A DNA stretch of 64,000 nt, taken from positions 1,637-65,636 of the forward strand of contig JAAYJK010000026.1 in assembly GCA_012522955.1 (NCBI GenBank), in the 5' to 3' direction. The stretch comes from Syntrophomonadaceae bacterium (GTDB taxonomy: Bacteria > Bacillota > Syntrophomonadia > Syntrophomonadales > Syntrophomonadaceae). Every line of letters begins with the position of its first letter. The first letter of the stretch is position 1. Position numbers and translations under genes: made by a program. The notes under the pieces are model-generated. The model saw only the letters and a program-made list of their open reading frames with translations. It ran no database searches and was not told the origin of the DNA. This document shows, piece after piece, positions 38,599 through 48,223 of this stretch.

Positions 38599-40683
38599 CT
38601 ATTCCTGTTGTTCCATATATTCTTCTACTTCTTCCTGCTCCATCTCCCTTTGGGCTTCCTTGATGGACAGACCGATTCTCTTTTCATTGGCGTCTACACT
38701 CAAAATCTTCACCTTAACCGGCTGGTTAACTGATACTACATCCTCAGGTTTCTCCACCCGATAATCAGCCAACTGAGATATATGAACCAGTCCATCTACT
38801 CCAGGATCCAGTTCAACAAAAGCACCGAAAGGAGCAATTCTTACTACTGTTCCATCTACAATGTCGCCTTCTTGGAAGGTTTCCAGAGCTACCTCCCATG
38901 GGCTCTTCAACAGTTTCTTGCGACTCAAGGACACTCTTTCTTTTTCGGTATCTACTCCCAGTACGAAAATCTCCAGCTCATCGCCTTCCTGAAGTACATC
39001 GGCCGGGTGTTCTATGCGTTTATGGTCTAGCTCGGAAACATGAAGCAAACCTTCATAACCGCCTAAATCAATAAATGCACCGTAATCTACTATCCTTTTA
39101 ACCTTGCCCAAGCGAATTTGTCCTTCTTGGATATTATCCCAAAACTCCTGTTTCTGCTGCTGTTTTTCGGCCAGCACCAATTCCCGACGTGATAATACCA
39201 CCTGAGAACCCCGCCTTTTATTGCGATTGAATTCAATGATTTTAAAGGCAAAGGTTTGGTCTTTGTACTCCTCCAGGTTTTTAACATATCCATCCTCAAC
39301 GTGTGAAGCGGGAAGAAATCCTACTACCCCCACATCAACAATCAAACCGCCTTTGACTATGTCTTTAACTGTACCTTGTACCGTATCTCCTTTTTCAAAA
39401 ACTTCTTCCAATTCATCCAATACTTTCTTGGAATCAACCCGCTTTTTGGATAGAAGAATAGTGCCATCATCGTCCCATTTCAGGATCATAACCTCGATCT
39501 CTTCACCGACTTGTACTAAATCCCGAGCCGAATCAACTGTAGCCAGGGAAAGCTCTCTTAATGGGACAACTCCTTCTGATTTTCCACCCACATCAACCAT
39601 TACTTCATCATCAAGTACCTGGACAATGGTTCCCTTTATAACATCCCCTCGGCCCGGGGTTTCATATTCTGCCATTTCTGCCTCCATACGGGCAAATGAT
39701 TCCTCATTGGCTTCTTCAGCCGGCTGCTCATTGCTGCCAGGCTCCTCCTGCTGGGGCTCAAATACCGGTTCCTGAACCGGTTCCTGAGTCTGTTCCTCAA
39801 TCTGGTCTTGAACCTCTTGCTGGATATCCTCTTGCTGGATATCCTTTTCCTCATACTCTGTCATCCTACACAATACCTCCTTAATAATCCAATCCGGAGT
39901 CGAAGCACCAGCAGTAATGCCTGCCATTTTTACCCCTTCTAGCCAGTGGGGGTTAATATCTCCTGCATTTTGAACCAGGTAAGTTCTAACTCCGGTATTT
40001 AAACACTCTTTATAAAGAGTAGTAGTATTGGAACTAAATTCCCCTCCTACCACAATCATTAAATCCACCTGCTGACATAATTCCAATGCTGAATTCTGTC
40101 TCAGCTGGGTAGCGGAACAAATGGTGTTGAATACCTTTAATTCCTCTGTCCGGCCTAACAGGCTTTTTACTACCTCAAAATACTCCTTTTCATCTCTGGT
40201 AGTTTGGGATACTATTCCCATCCGATGGGAATGATTCAGGGTTTTTATATCATCCAAACCCGATACTACGGCGGCCTGTCCGCCGCACCACCCTTGAATG
40301 CCCTTAACCTCTGGGTGTTCGGGGTTACCATATATTACAATTTCATATCCCTGGTCGGCCAAGACCTGTACAATTTCATGTACTCTTTTGACCAGCGGGC
40401 AGGTGGCATCTCTAACCTGCAAACCACAATTTTCAGCTTCTTGTATTATTTCAGGAGCCACTCCATGGGATCTTATAATTAACCCGGCTGGTTCAGAGAT
40501 TTCGTCAATATCTTCCACTGCACTTATTCCTTGCCGGGCAAAATATTCTACTACTGATTGGTTATGGACCAGTGGTCCCCATGTATACCATTTGCTTGGC
40601 TGGCCTGCCATTTCTTCTGCTATTTTAAAGGCCCTTTTTACTCCGGCACAGAACCCAGCATGGCTGGCCATAATCGTATGCAT
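38599..40683 (-). CDS. ispH: bifunctional 4-hydroxy-3-methylbut-2-enyl diphosphate reductase (IspH) / ribosomal protein S1 domain fusion
   Basis: 694 aa. The N-terminal ~280 aa are IspH/LytB ('GFCAGVKRA', 'ATCPLV', 'NTICSAT'), followed by an acidic Q/E/P linker and four S1 (OB) repeats. Confidence 0.92.
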   Translation of the reverse strand: MHTIMASHAGFCAGVKRAFKIAEEMAGQPSKWYTWGPLVHNQSVVEYFARQGISAVEDIDEISEPAGLIIRSHGVAPEIIQEAENCGLQVRDATCPLVKRVHEIVQVLADQGYEIVIYGNPEHPEVKGIQGWCGGQAAVVSGLDDIKTLNHSHRMGIVSQTTRDEKEYFEVVKSLLGRTEELKVFNTICSATQLRQNSALELCQQVDLMIVVGGEFSSNTTTLYKECLNTGVRTYLVQNAGDINPHWLEGVKMAGITAGASTPDWIIKEVLCRMTEYEEKDIQQEDIQQEVQDQIEEQTQEPVQEPVFEPQQEEPGSNEQPAEEANEESFARMEAEMAEYETPGRGDVIKGTIVQVLDDEVMVDVGGKSEGVVPLRELSLATVDSARDLVQVGEEIEVMILKWDDDGTILLSKKRVDSKKVLDELEEVFEKGDTVQGTVKDIVKGGLIVDVGVVGFLPASHVEDGYVKNLEEYKDQTFAFKIIEFNRNKRRGSQVVLSRRELVLAEKQQQKQEFWDNIQEGQIRLGKVKRIVDYGAFIDLGGYEGLLHVSELDHKRIEHPADVLQEGDELEIFVLGVDTEKERVSLSRKKLLKSPWEVALETFQEGDIVDGTVVRIAPFGAFVELDPGVDGLVHISQLADYRVEKPEDVVSVNQPVKVKILSVDANEKRIGLSIKEAQREMEQEEVEEYMEQQE
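39764..39787. repeat. perfect 12-bp tandem duplication in the IspH-S1 linker
   Basis: ACCGGTTCCTGA x2, encoding QEPV-QEPV on the minus strand. Confidence 0.9.
39813..39842. repeat. perfect 15-bp tandem duplication in the IspH-S1 linker
   Basis: CCTCTTGCTGGATAT x2, encoding [10 protein letters not shown] on the minus strand. Confidence 0.9.
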
Positions 40684-40740
40684 ATATTAACCTCACAAAT
40701 ACTTATATATCTTCAGTATCAGGACCCTAAATTCCTGCTT

Positions 40741-41337
40741 TTATTCATACAAAAGCTTATTAATTTCCCTCATTATTTCTTTGCTTATCTGATCCAGGCT
40801 AGCCGATTTGGTTTTCTCCTGTTGGTAGGCTGTCAAATCCAGTGGTTTGCCAAATCGTACCATTAGGGTGTTCCTGCCCCATCCCCAGGGAAAACGTCTC
40901 CTGGTTCCCACACAAGCCGCTGGAATAAGCTGTGCCCCAGATTTTAGAGCCAGCATGGCTGCACCCGACTGGGCTGCCTCCATCTCGACCTCCTTTTTTC
41001 GAGTTCCTTCCGGGAATATTCCCAGAATTTGACCGGACTCCAGGAGTTTCAGAGCTTTGCGTATAGCATTTCGATCTGCTTGGCCCCTTTTCACTGGAAA
41101 GGCATTTAATGCAGTAAAAAGTCGGGCCAGAATCTGGTTTTGGTAAAGTTCCGCCTTGGCCATGAAATGCACTGGCCTGGGTGAAGCCACCGCTACCAGC
41201 AGAGGATCCCAAAAACTAACGTGATTGGCTACAATAATGGCTGCACCCTTTTTGGGTAGGTTATGTATTCCTTCATATTTCAAACCAAGAAATAATAAGG
41301 CAAATTTGACCAGCCATCTTACCAAATAATAGAACAT
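40741..41337 (-). CDS. plsC: 1-acyl-sn-glycerol-3-phosphate acyltransferase
   Basis: 198 aa with 'NHVSFWDP' (HX4D) and 'FPEGTR'. Confidence 0.9.
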   Translation of the reverse strand: MFYYLVRWLVKFALLFLGLKYEGIHNLPKKGAAIIVANHVSFWDPLLVAVASPRPVHFMAKAELYQNQILARLFTALNAFPVKRGQADRNAIRKALKLLESGQILGIFPEGTRKKEVEMEAAQSGAAMLALKSGAQLIPAACVGTRRRFPWGWGRNTLMVRFGKPLDLTAYQQEKTKSASLDQISKEIMREINKLLYE

Positions 41338-41339
41338 TA

Positions 41340-41996
41340 TTAATCCTCCTTCAGGTAGGATCTTATGACATTAATGACCTCATCCACGCTGAGTTTACTG
41401 GTGTCAATAACTATTGAATCTTCCAGCACTTTTAAAGCTCCTATTTCCCGACTGGAGTCTCTTTGGTCTCGTTCCATTATTTCTTTGGCCATGGCCTGCT
41501 TATCTATATCATAGCCGCTAGCTTTCATTTCTTGGGCTCGGCGCATAACCCTGGTTTCTATTCTTGCGGTTAGGAAAAACTTGTATTCAGCATCGGGCAA
41601 CACAAATTCTCCTATATCCCGGCCATCCATTACCACTGATTTATTCTCAGCCAACTTCCTCTGCTGGGCCACCATTACCTGACGCAGCAATGCTTTGGAC
41701 GCTACCCTGGATACTTCCGCGTTCACATGCGGAGATCGGATATAGTCGCTTACGTCCTGATTATCACATATTATTCTTTGCCCGTGGGAATGGTATTCGA
41801 AGTGGATTTCAGTATTCTTGGCCAGCTGATAGAGAGCATCCTCGTCATCCAGGTCCAGAGACTCTTTAATTGCTTTCCAGGTCAAAGCCCTGTACATGGC
41901 ACCGGTATCGATATATAAAAATCCAAGTTTAGCAGCCAAAGCCTTGGCCACCGTACTCTTTCCAGCTCCAGCTGGACCATCAATTGCTATTTTCAT
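41340..41996 (-). CDS. cmk: cytidylate kinase
   Basis: 218 aa with 'IAIDGPAGAGKST' and 'DGRDIG'. Confidence 0.95.
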   Translation of the reverse strand: MKIAIDGPAGAGKSTVAKALAAKLGFLYIDTGAMYRALTWKAIKESLDLDDEDALYQLAKNTEIHFEYHSHGQRIICDNQDVSDYIRSPHVNAEVSRVASKALLRQVMVAQQRKLAENKSVVMDGRDIGEFVLPDAEYKFFLTARIETRVMRRAQEMKASGYDIDKQAMAKEIMERDQRDSSREIGALKVLEDSIVIDTSKLSVDEVINVIRSYLKED

Positions 41997-42157
41997 CCTT
42001 TAACCCACCTGCAAGTTTCCTATATTATTCTATCATAACTTTTCAATTGCTTAAAACTGATAAGTTTAGAATTATCTATAATATATAAAATACTGGTCTA
42101 TAGCACCATTAATTAAAAATCCCCTGGTGGGTACCATGCTCCCCGTTGATGGCATCC

Positions 42158-42179
42158 CCGGGCCCCGGCTGGGGCCCGG
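42158..42179 (-). other. all-GC 9-bp stem-loop just downstream of the flavodiiron fusion gene (possible terminator or mRNA-stabilising hairpin)
   Basis: CCGGGCCCC-GGCT-GGGGCCCGG, 12 nt after the stop. No adjacent U-tract; a TTTTT run lies about 40 nt further downstream. Confidence 0.4.
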
Positions 42180-42190
42180 ATAGCTTTATC

Positions 42191-44806
42191 TTATGCCAAA
42201 GGATCAAACATTTCCCGACCGACTCCACATACCGGACAGGTTTCAGGAGGTTCCGGACCCTCATGTATATAGCCACAGACCCGGCACTTCCAGCGGTTGG
42301 CCTGTAATTTGCCGGATGCATCCCGACCCAGTGAGGACATGGTGGAACCAGTATTTACTTCAGGGGCGATAACTATTTCTCCCGATAAGACCCCCTTCTG
42401 TAAAAAGCTCTTCTTATAGTAGTTTTCTATGGGATCAAAAGTTTCGGTTATACGAGTTTCCTCCGGGGGCAGGTTGACTTCTCCCATGGAGAACACCTGC
42501 ATATCAAAGGCAGCCAACATGGTAGAAACAGGAGGCTGTTTATATTCCAACCAATCCCCAGCAGCATTGGCGCCTGCTACCCGACCCATTTCCAATGCTA
42601 TTGGCCATAGTCCGATTAACTTGTCTTCATGCTGGGCTACGTCTCCAGCTGCAAAGACATTATCCATACCAGTCCTCATTCCCGCATCCACTACAATTCC
42701 TCTATCCACCTCAATGCCTGCGGCCTGAGCCAATTCTATATTTGGTTTTACCCCGGTAGACAAAAGCACTAGGTCAGCTGCTATTACCTGACCGCTATTT
42801 AATTTTACCTGGCTCACCTCTTTATCACCCTGTATAGCTTCGGTCCCCAGACCCAAATAAAGATCTACTCCCTTATCCTGAATGATTTTTTGCAGTCTTA
42901 AAGAGGAACTTTCATCCAACTGCCTGGGCATTAGGCGAGGAGCAAATTCTACTACTGAAACCTGTAAGCCCAGATCCAGCATTTCTGATACCGCTTCCAA
43001 TCCCAGCACTCCACCACCGATGACTACTGCTTTCAGGTCCTTTTTTAAAGCCGCTTTGAATATCTTGGCATCAGCTAAATTGCGTATAGCATAAACTCCC
43101 TTTTTATCGGCTCCAGGAATGGGAGGAATATTGCTCCGGGCTCCGGTGGCCAGAATCAGCTTGTGGTAGAAGACTATCTCGCCGCTCTCCAGGGTCAGCT
43201 GCCGCTTGCTCCCGTCTATGGATGTTACCCGGCAAGTAGTCCGTAGCTCAATTTGCTTTTCCTCATACCAGGCTGCGGATTTAATAAACAAGCGCTCGGC
43301 AGCCAGATCTTCACCCAGGTAATCTGAAAGCATAGGCCGGTAATAGGGCCTTTCTTCTTCTTCACTCAACATTGTTATCTTGGCGGTTAGGTTCCTTTTG
43401 CGAATAGCCTCCGCAGCAGAAAGGGCTGCTATTCCGGAGCCGATTATCACAAAGCTCTCTTTGCTATCCTGCCTAAATATATCCTCCTGGGATTGCTTAA
43501 CAAAATTTTCCGGGCCAACTCCACAGGCTGGACAAATATTGGGGGGCTGTTCTCCCCGGTGAATATGACCACAAACCAAACAACGCCACTCAGTTTCCGA
43601 TACATCCTGCTTCTTGGCCAATACCTGGCGGGCAAATTCCATACCATAGTTAAAGGCATCTTCCAAGGCCCTGGTGCTAGGCTTAAAATTTATTCTCAAT
43701 CCAGGCAAGACCTGCATACGCAGCATATTAAGACGGTTTTCGATATTGGGCACCGCTTCTCCGCTCCATCCATAGGCTCCAAAGGCTCCAGCCACCATTC
43801 CTCCATGAACAATGGGCGATAGACCGGTTAGGAGCTCCCATATATTAGGCAAGGTGTCCCCATTTATGGTAGGAGATCCAATAAGCAGACCATCAGCATC
43901 AGCCAACTCCTGAAGTACAGTGCTTACCGGAGTATAAATCAGATCATATTTGCGGAAATCAAAATCCCCTATCATAGATATTCCTTCTTCAATACTTTGA
44001 CCTATCATTTCCGTATAACCATAAGCGGTCACATAAGCCATAATAATGACTGGCAAATCTGTAGTCCGAGGAGTCGGAGTAGACCACTGGCGGTAGAGGT
44101 CAATATAATAATCCAGATTAGTTCTCAAAACCGGCCCATGGCCAGGACAGACAATTTTGATATCCAGGTCTTTAATTTTATCTAATGCCTCAAGAACGTA
44201 AGGTTTAAAAGGCCCGATAATTTCATCGAAATAGTATTTGAAGGCGTCAGTAAAGTCAAATTCGATTAAATCATTGAAAACGGAGTCATCTGAATAGTGA
44301 CTGCCCAAGAAGTCACAGCTAAATAAAATTTTATCTTCTTTGAGGTAGGTGAAAATGGTATCAGGCCAGTGTAAAAAAGGAGCGCTGATAAACTGAAGGG
44401 TTTTACTGCCCAGGTCCAGTTCTTCACCACCCTGAATTTCCTTGGAATTAAAACTTGAATTGCTTATTTCCTTTAAGAAAGTTAATGCGGTGGAACTGGC
44501 CATTACAACCAGCTTGGGATTCAATTTCAAGAGTTTTTCCACTGATCCGGAGTGATCCGGTTCGGTATGGTTTAAGATCAAGTAATCAATTTCCTGCACC
44601 GGACATATTTTCTGTAGATCTTCGATAAATTCATCAAAGAAATTAGCCTTAACCGCTTCAATTAAAACTGTTTTGTTCTGACCTCGTATCAGGTAGGAGC
44701 CATAACTGGTACCATATTCAGTAGTCATAATAATATCAAAAACTTCCAGCTCCGGGTCCTGTACCCCCACCCAGTAAACCCCATCTTTAATAGGGATTGC
44801 CTTCAT
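42191..44806 (-). CDS. multidomain flavodiiron protein: MBL-like diiron domain, flavodoxin, rubredoxin, NAD(P)H:rubredoxin oxidoreductase, rubredoxin
   Basis: N-terminal 'HTEPDHSG' diiron motif. Rd1 is 'WRCLVCGHIH...CPACG'. An FAD/NAD(P) oxidoreductase follows ('VIIGSGIAALSAA', 'VVIGGGVLGLE'). Rd2 is 'WKCRVCGYIH...CPVCG'. Start set to the ATG at 44806 (MKAIPIKDG), 8 nt after GGAGG; the GTG at 44815 abuts the SD. Confidence 0.9.
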   Translation of the reverse strand: MKAIPIKDGVYWVGVQDPELEVFDIIMTTEYGTSYGSYLIRGQNKTVLIEAVKANFFDEFIEDLQKICPVQEIDYLILNHTEPDHSGSVEKLLKLNPKLVVMASSTALTFLKEISNSSFNSKEIQGGEELDLGSKTLQFISAPFLHWPDTIFTYLKEDKILFSCDFLGSHYSDDSVFNDLIEFDFTDAFKYYFDEIIGPFKPYVLEALDKIKDLDIKIVCPGHGPVLRTNLDYYIDLYRQWSTPTPRTTDLPVIIMAYVTAYGYTEMIGQSIEEGISMIGDFDFRKYDLIYTPVSTVLQELADADGLLIGSPTINGDTLPNIWELLTGLSPIVHGGMVAGAFGAYGWSGEAVPNIENRLNMLRMQVLPGLRINFKPSTRALEDAFNYGMEFARQVLAKKQDVSETEWRCLVCGHIHRGEQPPNICPACGVGPENFVKQSQEDIFRQDSKESFVIIGSGIAALSAAEAIRKRNLTAKITMLSEEEERPYYRPMLSDYLGEDLAAERLFIKSAAWYEEKQIELRTTCRVTSIDGSKRQLTLESGEIVFYHKLILATGARSNIPPIPGADKKGVYAIRNLADAKIFKAALKKDLKAVVIGGGVLGLEAVSEMLDLGLQVSVVEFAPRLMPRQLDESSSLRLQKIIQDKGVDLYLGLGTEAIQGDKEVSQVKLNSGQVIAADLVLLSTGVKPNIELAQAAGIEVDRGIVVDAGMRTGMDNVFAAGDVAQHEDKLIGLWPIALEMGRVAGANAAGDWLEYKQPPVSTMLAAFDMQVFSMGEVNLPPEETRITETFDPIENYYKKSFLQKGVLSGEIVIAPEVNTGSTMSSLGRDASGKLQANRWKCRVCGYIHEGPEPPETCPVCGVGREMFDPLA

Positions 44807-45115
44807 TCGATCCACCTCCTAATATAATCCATATTACGACATTGTTCCTATCATCATAATGCATATTAAGAAGACAAGCAATATCTCAGTAAACTTTATC
44901 TTCATGGTCCAGCCTAGCCACCGGCATTAACTATATGACACCCCTCATATTCTACCCGACAACACAATTTTCTTCCCCTTCCAGAGCCTATTCATAGGCC
45001 GAGCCAAGGCAGTTGACGGCATGGCTTCAGCCTTGTTAAGCAGAAATATCATCCCTAGTATAAGGAGTAAAGCAGCGCAAAAGCCAACCACTACTTCCAG
45101 AGTTATGCATGGGGC

Positions 45116-45142
45116 AAAAAAATAAAAGTCTGGCTTAGCCAG
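45116..45142 (-). terminator. rho-independent terminator of aroF
   Basis: Minus-strand CTGGC-TAA-GCCAG followed by ACTTTTATTTTTTT. Confidence 0.6.
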
Positions 45143-45174
45143 GGCTGGGGGTTATTGGATTATCCAAGCAGGTC

Positions 45175-46005
45175 TTAGATTATTTTCTTGTCCAGTTCTG
45201 CCAGCTTAATTATCTGATCTCTTAAGCCTGCAAAATTCTCTGGGGTTAAAGACTGTTTTCCGTCAGATAATGCTTTATCCGGGTCCTGATGTACTTCCAC
45301 CATTATCCCATCCGCCCCTGCAGCTATAGCTGCCCGGGCTACCGGGGCCACCATCTTCCAACGGCCGGTAGCATGACTGGGATCTACAATTATGGGCAGA
45401 TGGGAAAGCTGTTTTAGCAAAGCCACTGCACCTATATCCACTGTATTACGAGTATAAGGCTCAAATGTTCTTATACCCCGTTCACATAGAATTATTTGAT
45501 CATTGCCGCCGTTTAGAATATATTCTGCTGCCAGGAGCCATTCTTCAATGGTAGCTGAAAGACCGCGTTTTAGCATAACAGGCCGTTTAATCTGACCCAA
45601 TTCCTCCAGCAGAGCAAAATTCTGCATATTGCGGCTGCCCACCTGCAGGATATCAACCCGATCATAGAGCTGTTCCAAATCTCTTACGTCCAATATCTCA
45701 GTAATTACCGGCAAACCAGTAATTAATCGAGCCTGGTCGACTATTTCCATACCTTCACGGCCAAGTCCCTTAAAGGTATAGGGAGAGGTACGGGGTTTAA
45801 ATACTCCAGCTCGCAGAATGTGGACTCCCAAGCCAGCCAGTATCCGGGCTAAATCCAAATACTCCTCCGCTCCTTCCACTGCACAGGGTCCGGCAATAAG
45901 GGTACAGTAGCCTTCCCCCAGAAAGACTTTTTTAGCAGAGCTATTTATTTCTATAATAGTGTCCTTGGGCTTATATTCTCGAGAAGCCAGCATAAAAGGC
46001 TTCAT
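45175..46005 (-). CDS. aroF: 3-deoxy-7-phosphoheptulonate (DAHP) synthase, type I-beta
   Basis: 'IAGPCAVEG', 'FKPRTSPYTFKG' and 'DPSHATG'. Start set to the ATG at 46005 (MKPFML), 9 nt after GAGGG. The 42-codon upstream extension in the ORF track is hydrophobic and not DAHPS-like. Confidence 0.88.
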   Translation of the reverse strand: MKPFMLASREYKPKDTIIEINSSAKKVFLGEGYCTLIAGPCAVEGAEEYLDLARILAGLGVHILRAGVFKPRTSPYTFKGLGREGMEIVDQARLITGLPVITEILDVRDLEQLYDRVDILQVGSRNMQNFALLEELGQIKRPVMLKRGLSATIEEWLLAAEYILNGGNDQIILCERGIRTFEPYTRNTVDIGAVALLKQLSHLPIIVDPSHATGRWKMVAPVARAAIAAGADGIMVEVHQDPDKALSDGKQSLTPENFAGLRDQIIKLAELDKKII

Positions 46006-46392
46006 AGCTATCATCCCTCTGCTGTTTCTTAATCTTAGCTCGAATCTTTTTAGGGCTGTCCCTTTTACTGATTCTTGCCTTGGCTCTTGTATCAGGTAAA
46101 CAATTATAATTATTGCAGATACTAAAATCATGTCCGGGTACTTATAATCAGTATATCACTTAGCTGAAGGATATTAAAATAGCCTTAACAGCTTGGACGG
46201 GGGCACCTTTTATCTAGTGATAAAGAGACCCGATTATTGGAAAGCAGATCCCTTCTTATCCGCCCCCACCTGATCAATATTATAGGGCTTAGTCCAAACC
46301 CGGCTGCTCTATGCCAGCGTTGGCGGAAATAATGTGGTAAACTCAACTAAAATGCTACGGGTTTTTGATGGAGCCGAAAGGAGATAATAAAG

Positions 46393-47259
46393 GTGAAGAA
46401 AAATTTATCTATTGCCTTGTGTCAGCTGATGAACAGTTCAAGTAAAAATGACAACCTGTCCCGGGCTGGTAAAATGATGGAATTAGCGGGCCAAAAAGAT
46501 ATAGACCTAATAATACTACCCGAGGTTTTCAACGCCCCCTATCAATCAGACTTATTTCCGGACTATGCGGAGAATTATCCAGGTCCTACTACGGATTTTT
46601 TAGCCCGGACCGCTCGGGAGCAAGGGGTGGGAATAGTTGGAGGCTCAATCATTGAACGCTCTCCAGAGGGCCGGCTGTATAACAGCTGTTTTGCCTTTGA
46701 TGAATATGGCAATTTACTGGGCCGGCATAGAAAAATACACCTCTTTGATGTGGATATGCCGGGAAGAATTACTTTTCGAGAATCCGACTTTTTGAGTCCA
46801 GGTAATAATATTACTCTAATCGAGTACCAGGGTATTAAAATTGGCTTATTAATCTGCTATGATATCAGATTTCCAGAACTATCCCGAGCTCTGGCTCTGG
46901 CCGGGGCAGACTTGATTATAGTTCCGGCCGCTTTCAACCACACTTCCGGACCTTTATTCTGGGAATTAGTCTTGCGCAGCCGGGCGGTAGATCAACAGCT
47001 CTATGTGGCAGCAGTATCTCCAGCCCCCAACCCCCAGGCTAATTACCAAGCTTGGGGCCATTCCCTGGTGGTTGACCCCTGGGGCAAAATAATAGCCCAG
47101 GCAGACCAGAAAGAAGGAATAGTATGGGCAGAGCTGGACTTTTCGGCAAATGAACAAATTCGGGGGGAAATCCCTCTCTACCGTCATCGCCGCCGGGATA
47201 TGTATGAGATAATTTATCAAACACCCAGCCATATAGAAAGTAGGAGGAAAAATAAATGA
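46393..47259 (+). CDS. carbon-nitrogen hydrolase family protein (omega-amidase/Nit-like)
   Basis: 288 aa with the E-K-C triad contexts 'LPEVF', 'HRKIHLF' and '[11 protein letters not shown]'. GTG start after AAGGAG. Confidence 0.88.
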   Translation: MKKNLSIALCQLMNSSSKNDNLSRAGKMMELAGQKDIDLIILPEVFNAPYQSDLFPDYAENYPGPTTDFLARTAREQGVGIVGGSIIERSPEGRLYNSCFAFDEYGNLLGRHRKIHLFDVDMPGRITFRESDFLSPGNNITLIEYQGIKIGLLICYDIRFPELSRALALAGADLIIVPAAFNHTSGPLFWELVLRSRAVDQQLYVAAVSPAPNPQANYQAWGHSLVVDPWGKIIAQADQKEGIVWAELDFSANEQIRGEIPLYRHRRRDMYEIIYQTPSHIESRRKNK

Positions 47260-47372
47260 ATTTTCATACTGAATATCTGTGGTTAGACCTAGTCCCCTGG
47301 CAGCAGATCTTTTATACCGAATTCCATGGGCGCATGAAGAAACGCGTGGTAATCAAGGTAATGGGAGAGTGA
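47256..47372 (+). CDS. 38-codon ORF translationally coupled (ATGA overlap) to the C-N hydrolase; possibly a truncated gene remnant
   Basis: GGAGG (47243-47247) lies 8 nt before the ATG at 47256. Sequence [38 protein letters not shown]. The ORF ends 5 nt from the convergent aroH stop. Confidence 0.35.
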   Translation: MNFHTEYLWLDLVPWQQIFYTEFHGRMKKRVVIKVMGE

Positions 47373-47377
47373 ATAGT

Positions 47378-47743
47378 TTATGGTTCGACAATATCTGGTC
47401 TTAAACCACGAGCTTGCCTGAGGTAGATATGCTGGATATCATTCTGTTTTTTAGCCGTGTTTATATGCATGAGTACTCTGATACAGAGGGGTAAAGATTC
47501 TCCAATCTCTATTTCCTGGAAGCACATAAGGGGTACCAGATTCCATCCCAAGTCACGAGCAGCCCGGGCGGGAAAGACTGATTTAATATCTGCCGTGGCA
47601 GTAAATAAAACACTGGCAATATCTTCTGGGTCCACCTGGTTTTCTTCTATCATGATTTGCAGTAGTTCCCGGGTAGCATCCAGCACTTGCTGAGCCTGGT
47701 CTTCCTCTACCGTAGTAGCACCCCTGATTCCTCGTACAAGCAT
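47378..47743 (-). CDS. aroH: chorismate mutase, AroH class
   Basis: 'RGIRGATTVEED' N-terminus and 'RVLMHIN'. Start set to the ATG at 47743 (MLVRGIRG), 6 nt after GAGGT. Confidence 0.9.
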   Translation of the reverse strand: MLVRGIRGATTVEEDQAQQVLDATRELLQIMIEENQVDPEDIASVLFTATADIKSVFPARAARDLGWNLVPLMCFQEIEIGESLPLCIRVLMHINTAKKQNDIQHIYLRQARGLRPDIVEP

Positions 47744-47761
47744 ATGTTTACCTCTCATAAC

Positions 47762-48214
47762 TTAAGATACTGCCCGGTGTCCCAATCCAATACTCACTTC
47801 ATCCAGGTGCAGAAGACCTATACCAAAAAATATGGCTACGCTGACATGGTCCTGGTGCCGGGCTATACCAATCTTACCTCCCACATTCAAGCCCAGAGCT
47901 TTGGGCATAATCTGGCTGATGGCTTCCCGAGCAGCTCCAGCCACCGCTCCCTCTTCCGCATGAGTGTCTTTTATTACCCCTTCTCGCTTGGCGGCCACCA
48001 CAGCCCGCTCAACTATTTTACCTACCGAGCTTATAAACTCTCCGCCGTAGTCTACCGCTACGGATTTTACTTCACATTCTTTCATCAATTGTTTTTTTAG
48101 CATGTTCTCGTCCTCTCGGGATAGAGTAACTGCCATTTTAATAGCTGCACTGGCTACTATTTTACTGCCTACTATCATTTCCTGCCTCCCAGTCTTCTTA
48201 TCCTCTCTGTTCAA
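47762..48214 (-). CDS. hutP: HutP family protein (hut-operon antiterminator homolog)
   Basis: 150 aa. The C-terminal half 'HAEEGAVAGAAREA...VSVAIFFGIGLLHLDEVSIGLGH' parallels B. subtilis HutP as I recall it. Lies 18 nt upstream of aroH. Confidence 0.7.
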   Translation of the reverse strand: MNREDKKTGRQEMIVGSKIVASAAIKMAVTLSREDENMLKKQLMKECEVKSVAVDYGGEFISSVGKIVERAVVAAKREGVIKDTHAEEGAVAGAAREAISQIMPKALGLNVGGKIGIARHQDHVSVAIFFGIGLLHLDEVSIGLGHRAVS

Positions 48215-48223
48215 CCCATGTTT

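Noticed and set aside
46131-46131. N-terminal extensions suggested by the longest-ORF calls for aroF (46131), plsY (29828), CDF (16582), mobA (38376), ahb subunit (57466), ruvA (24865), gpsA (28995), spoIIP (35639), tgt (20931), the flavodiiron fusion (44815) and sirC (63804).
   Set aside because: In each case an internal start has a properly spaced SD and reproduces the canonical family N-terminus. The extension overlaps the upstream gene or terminator, or its start codon abuts the SD.
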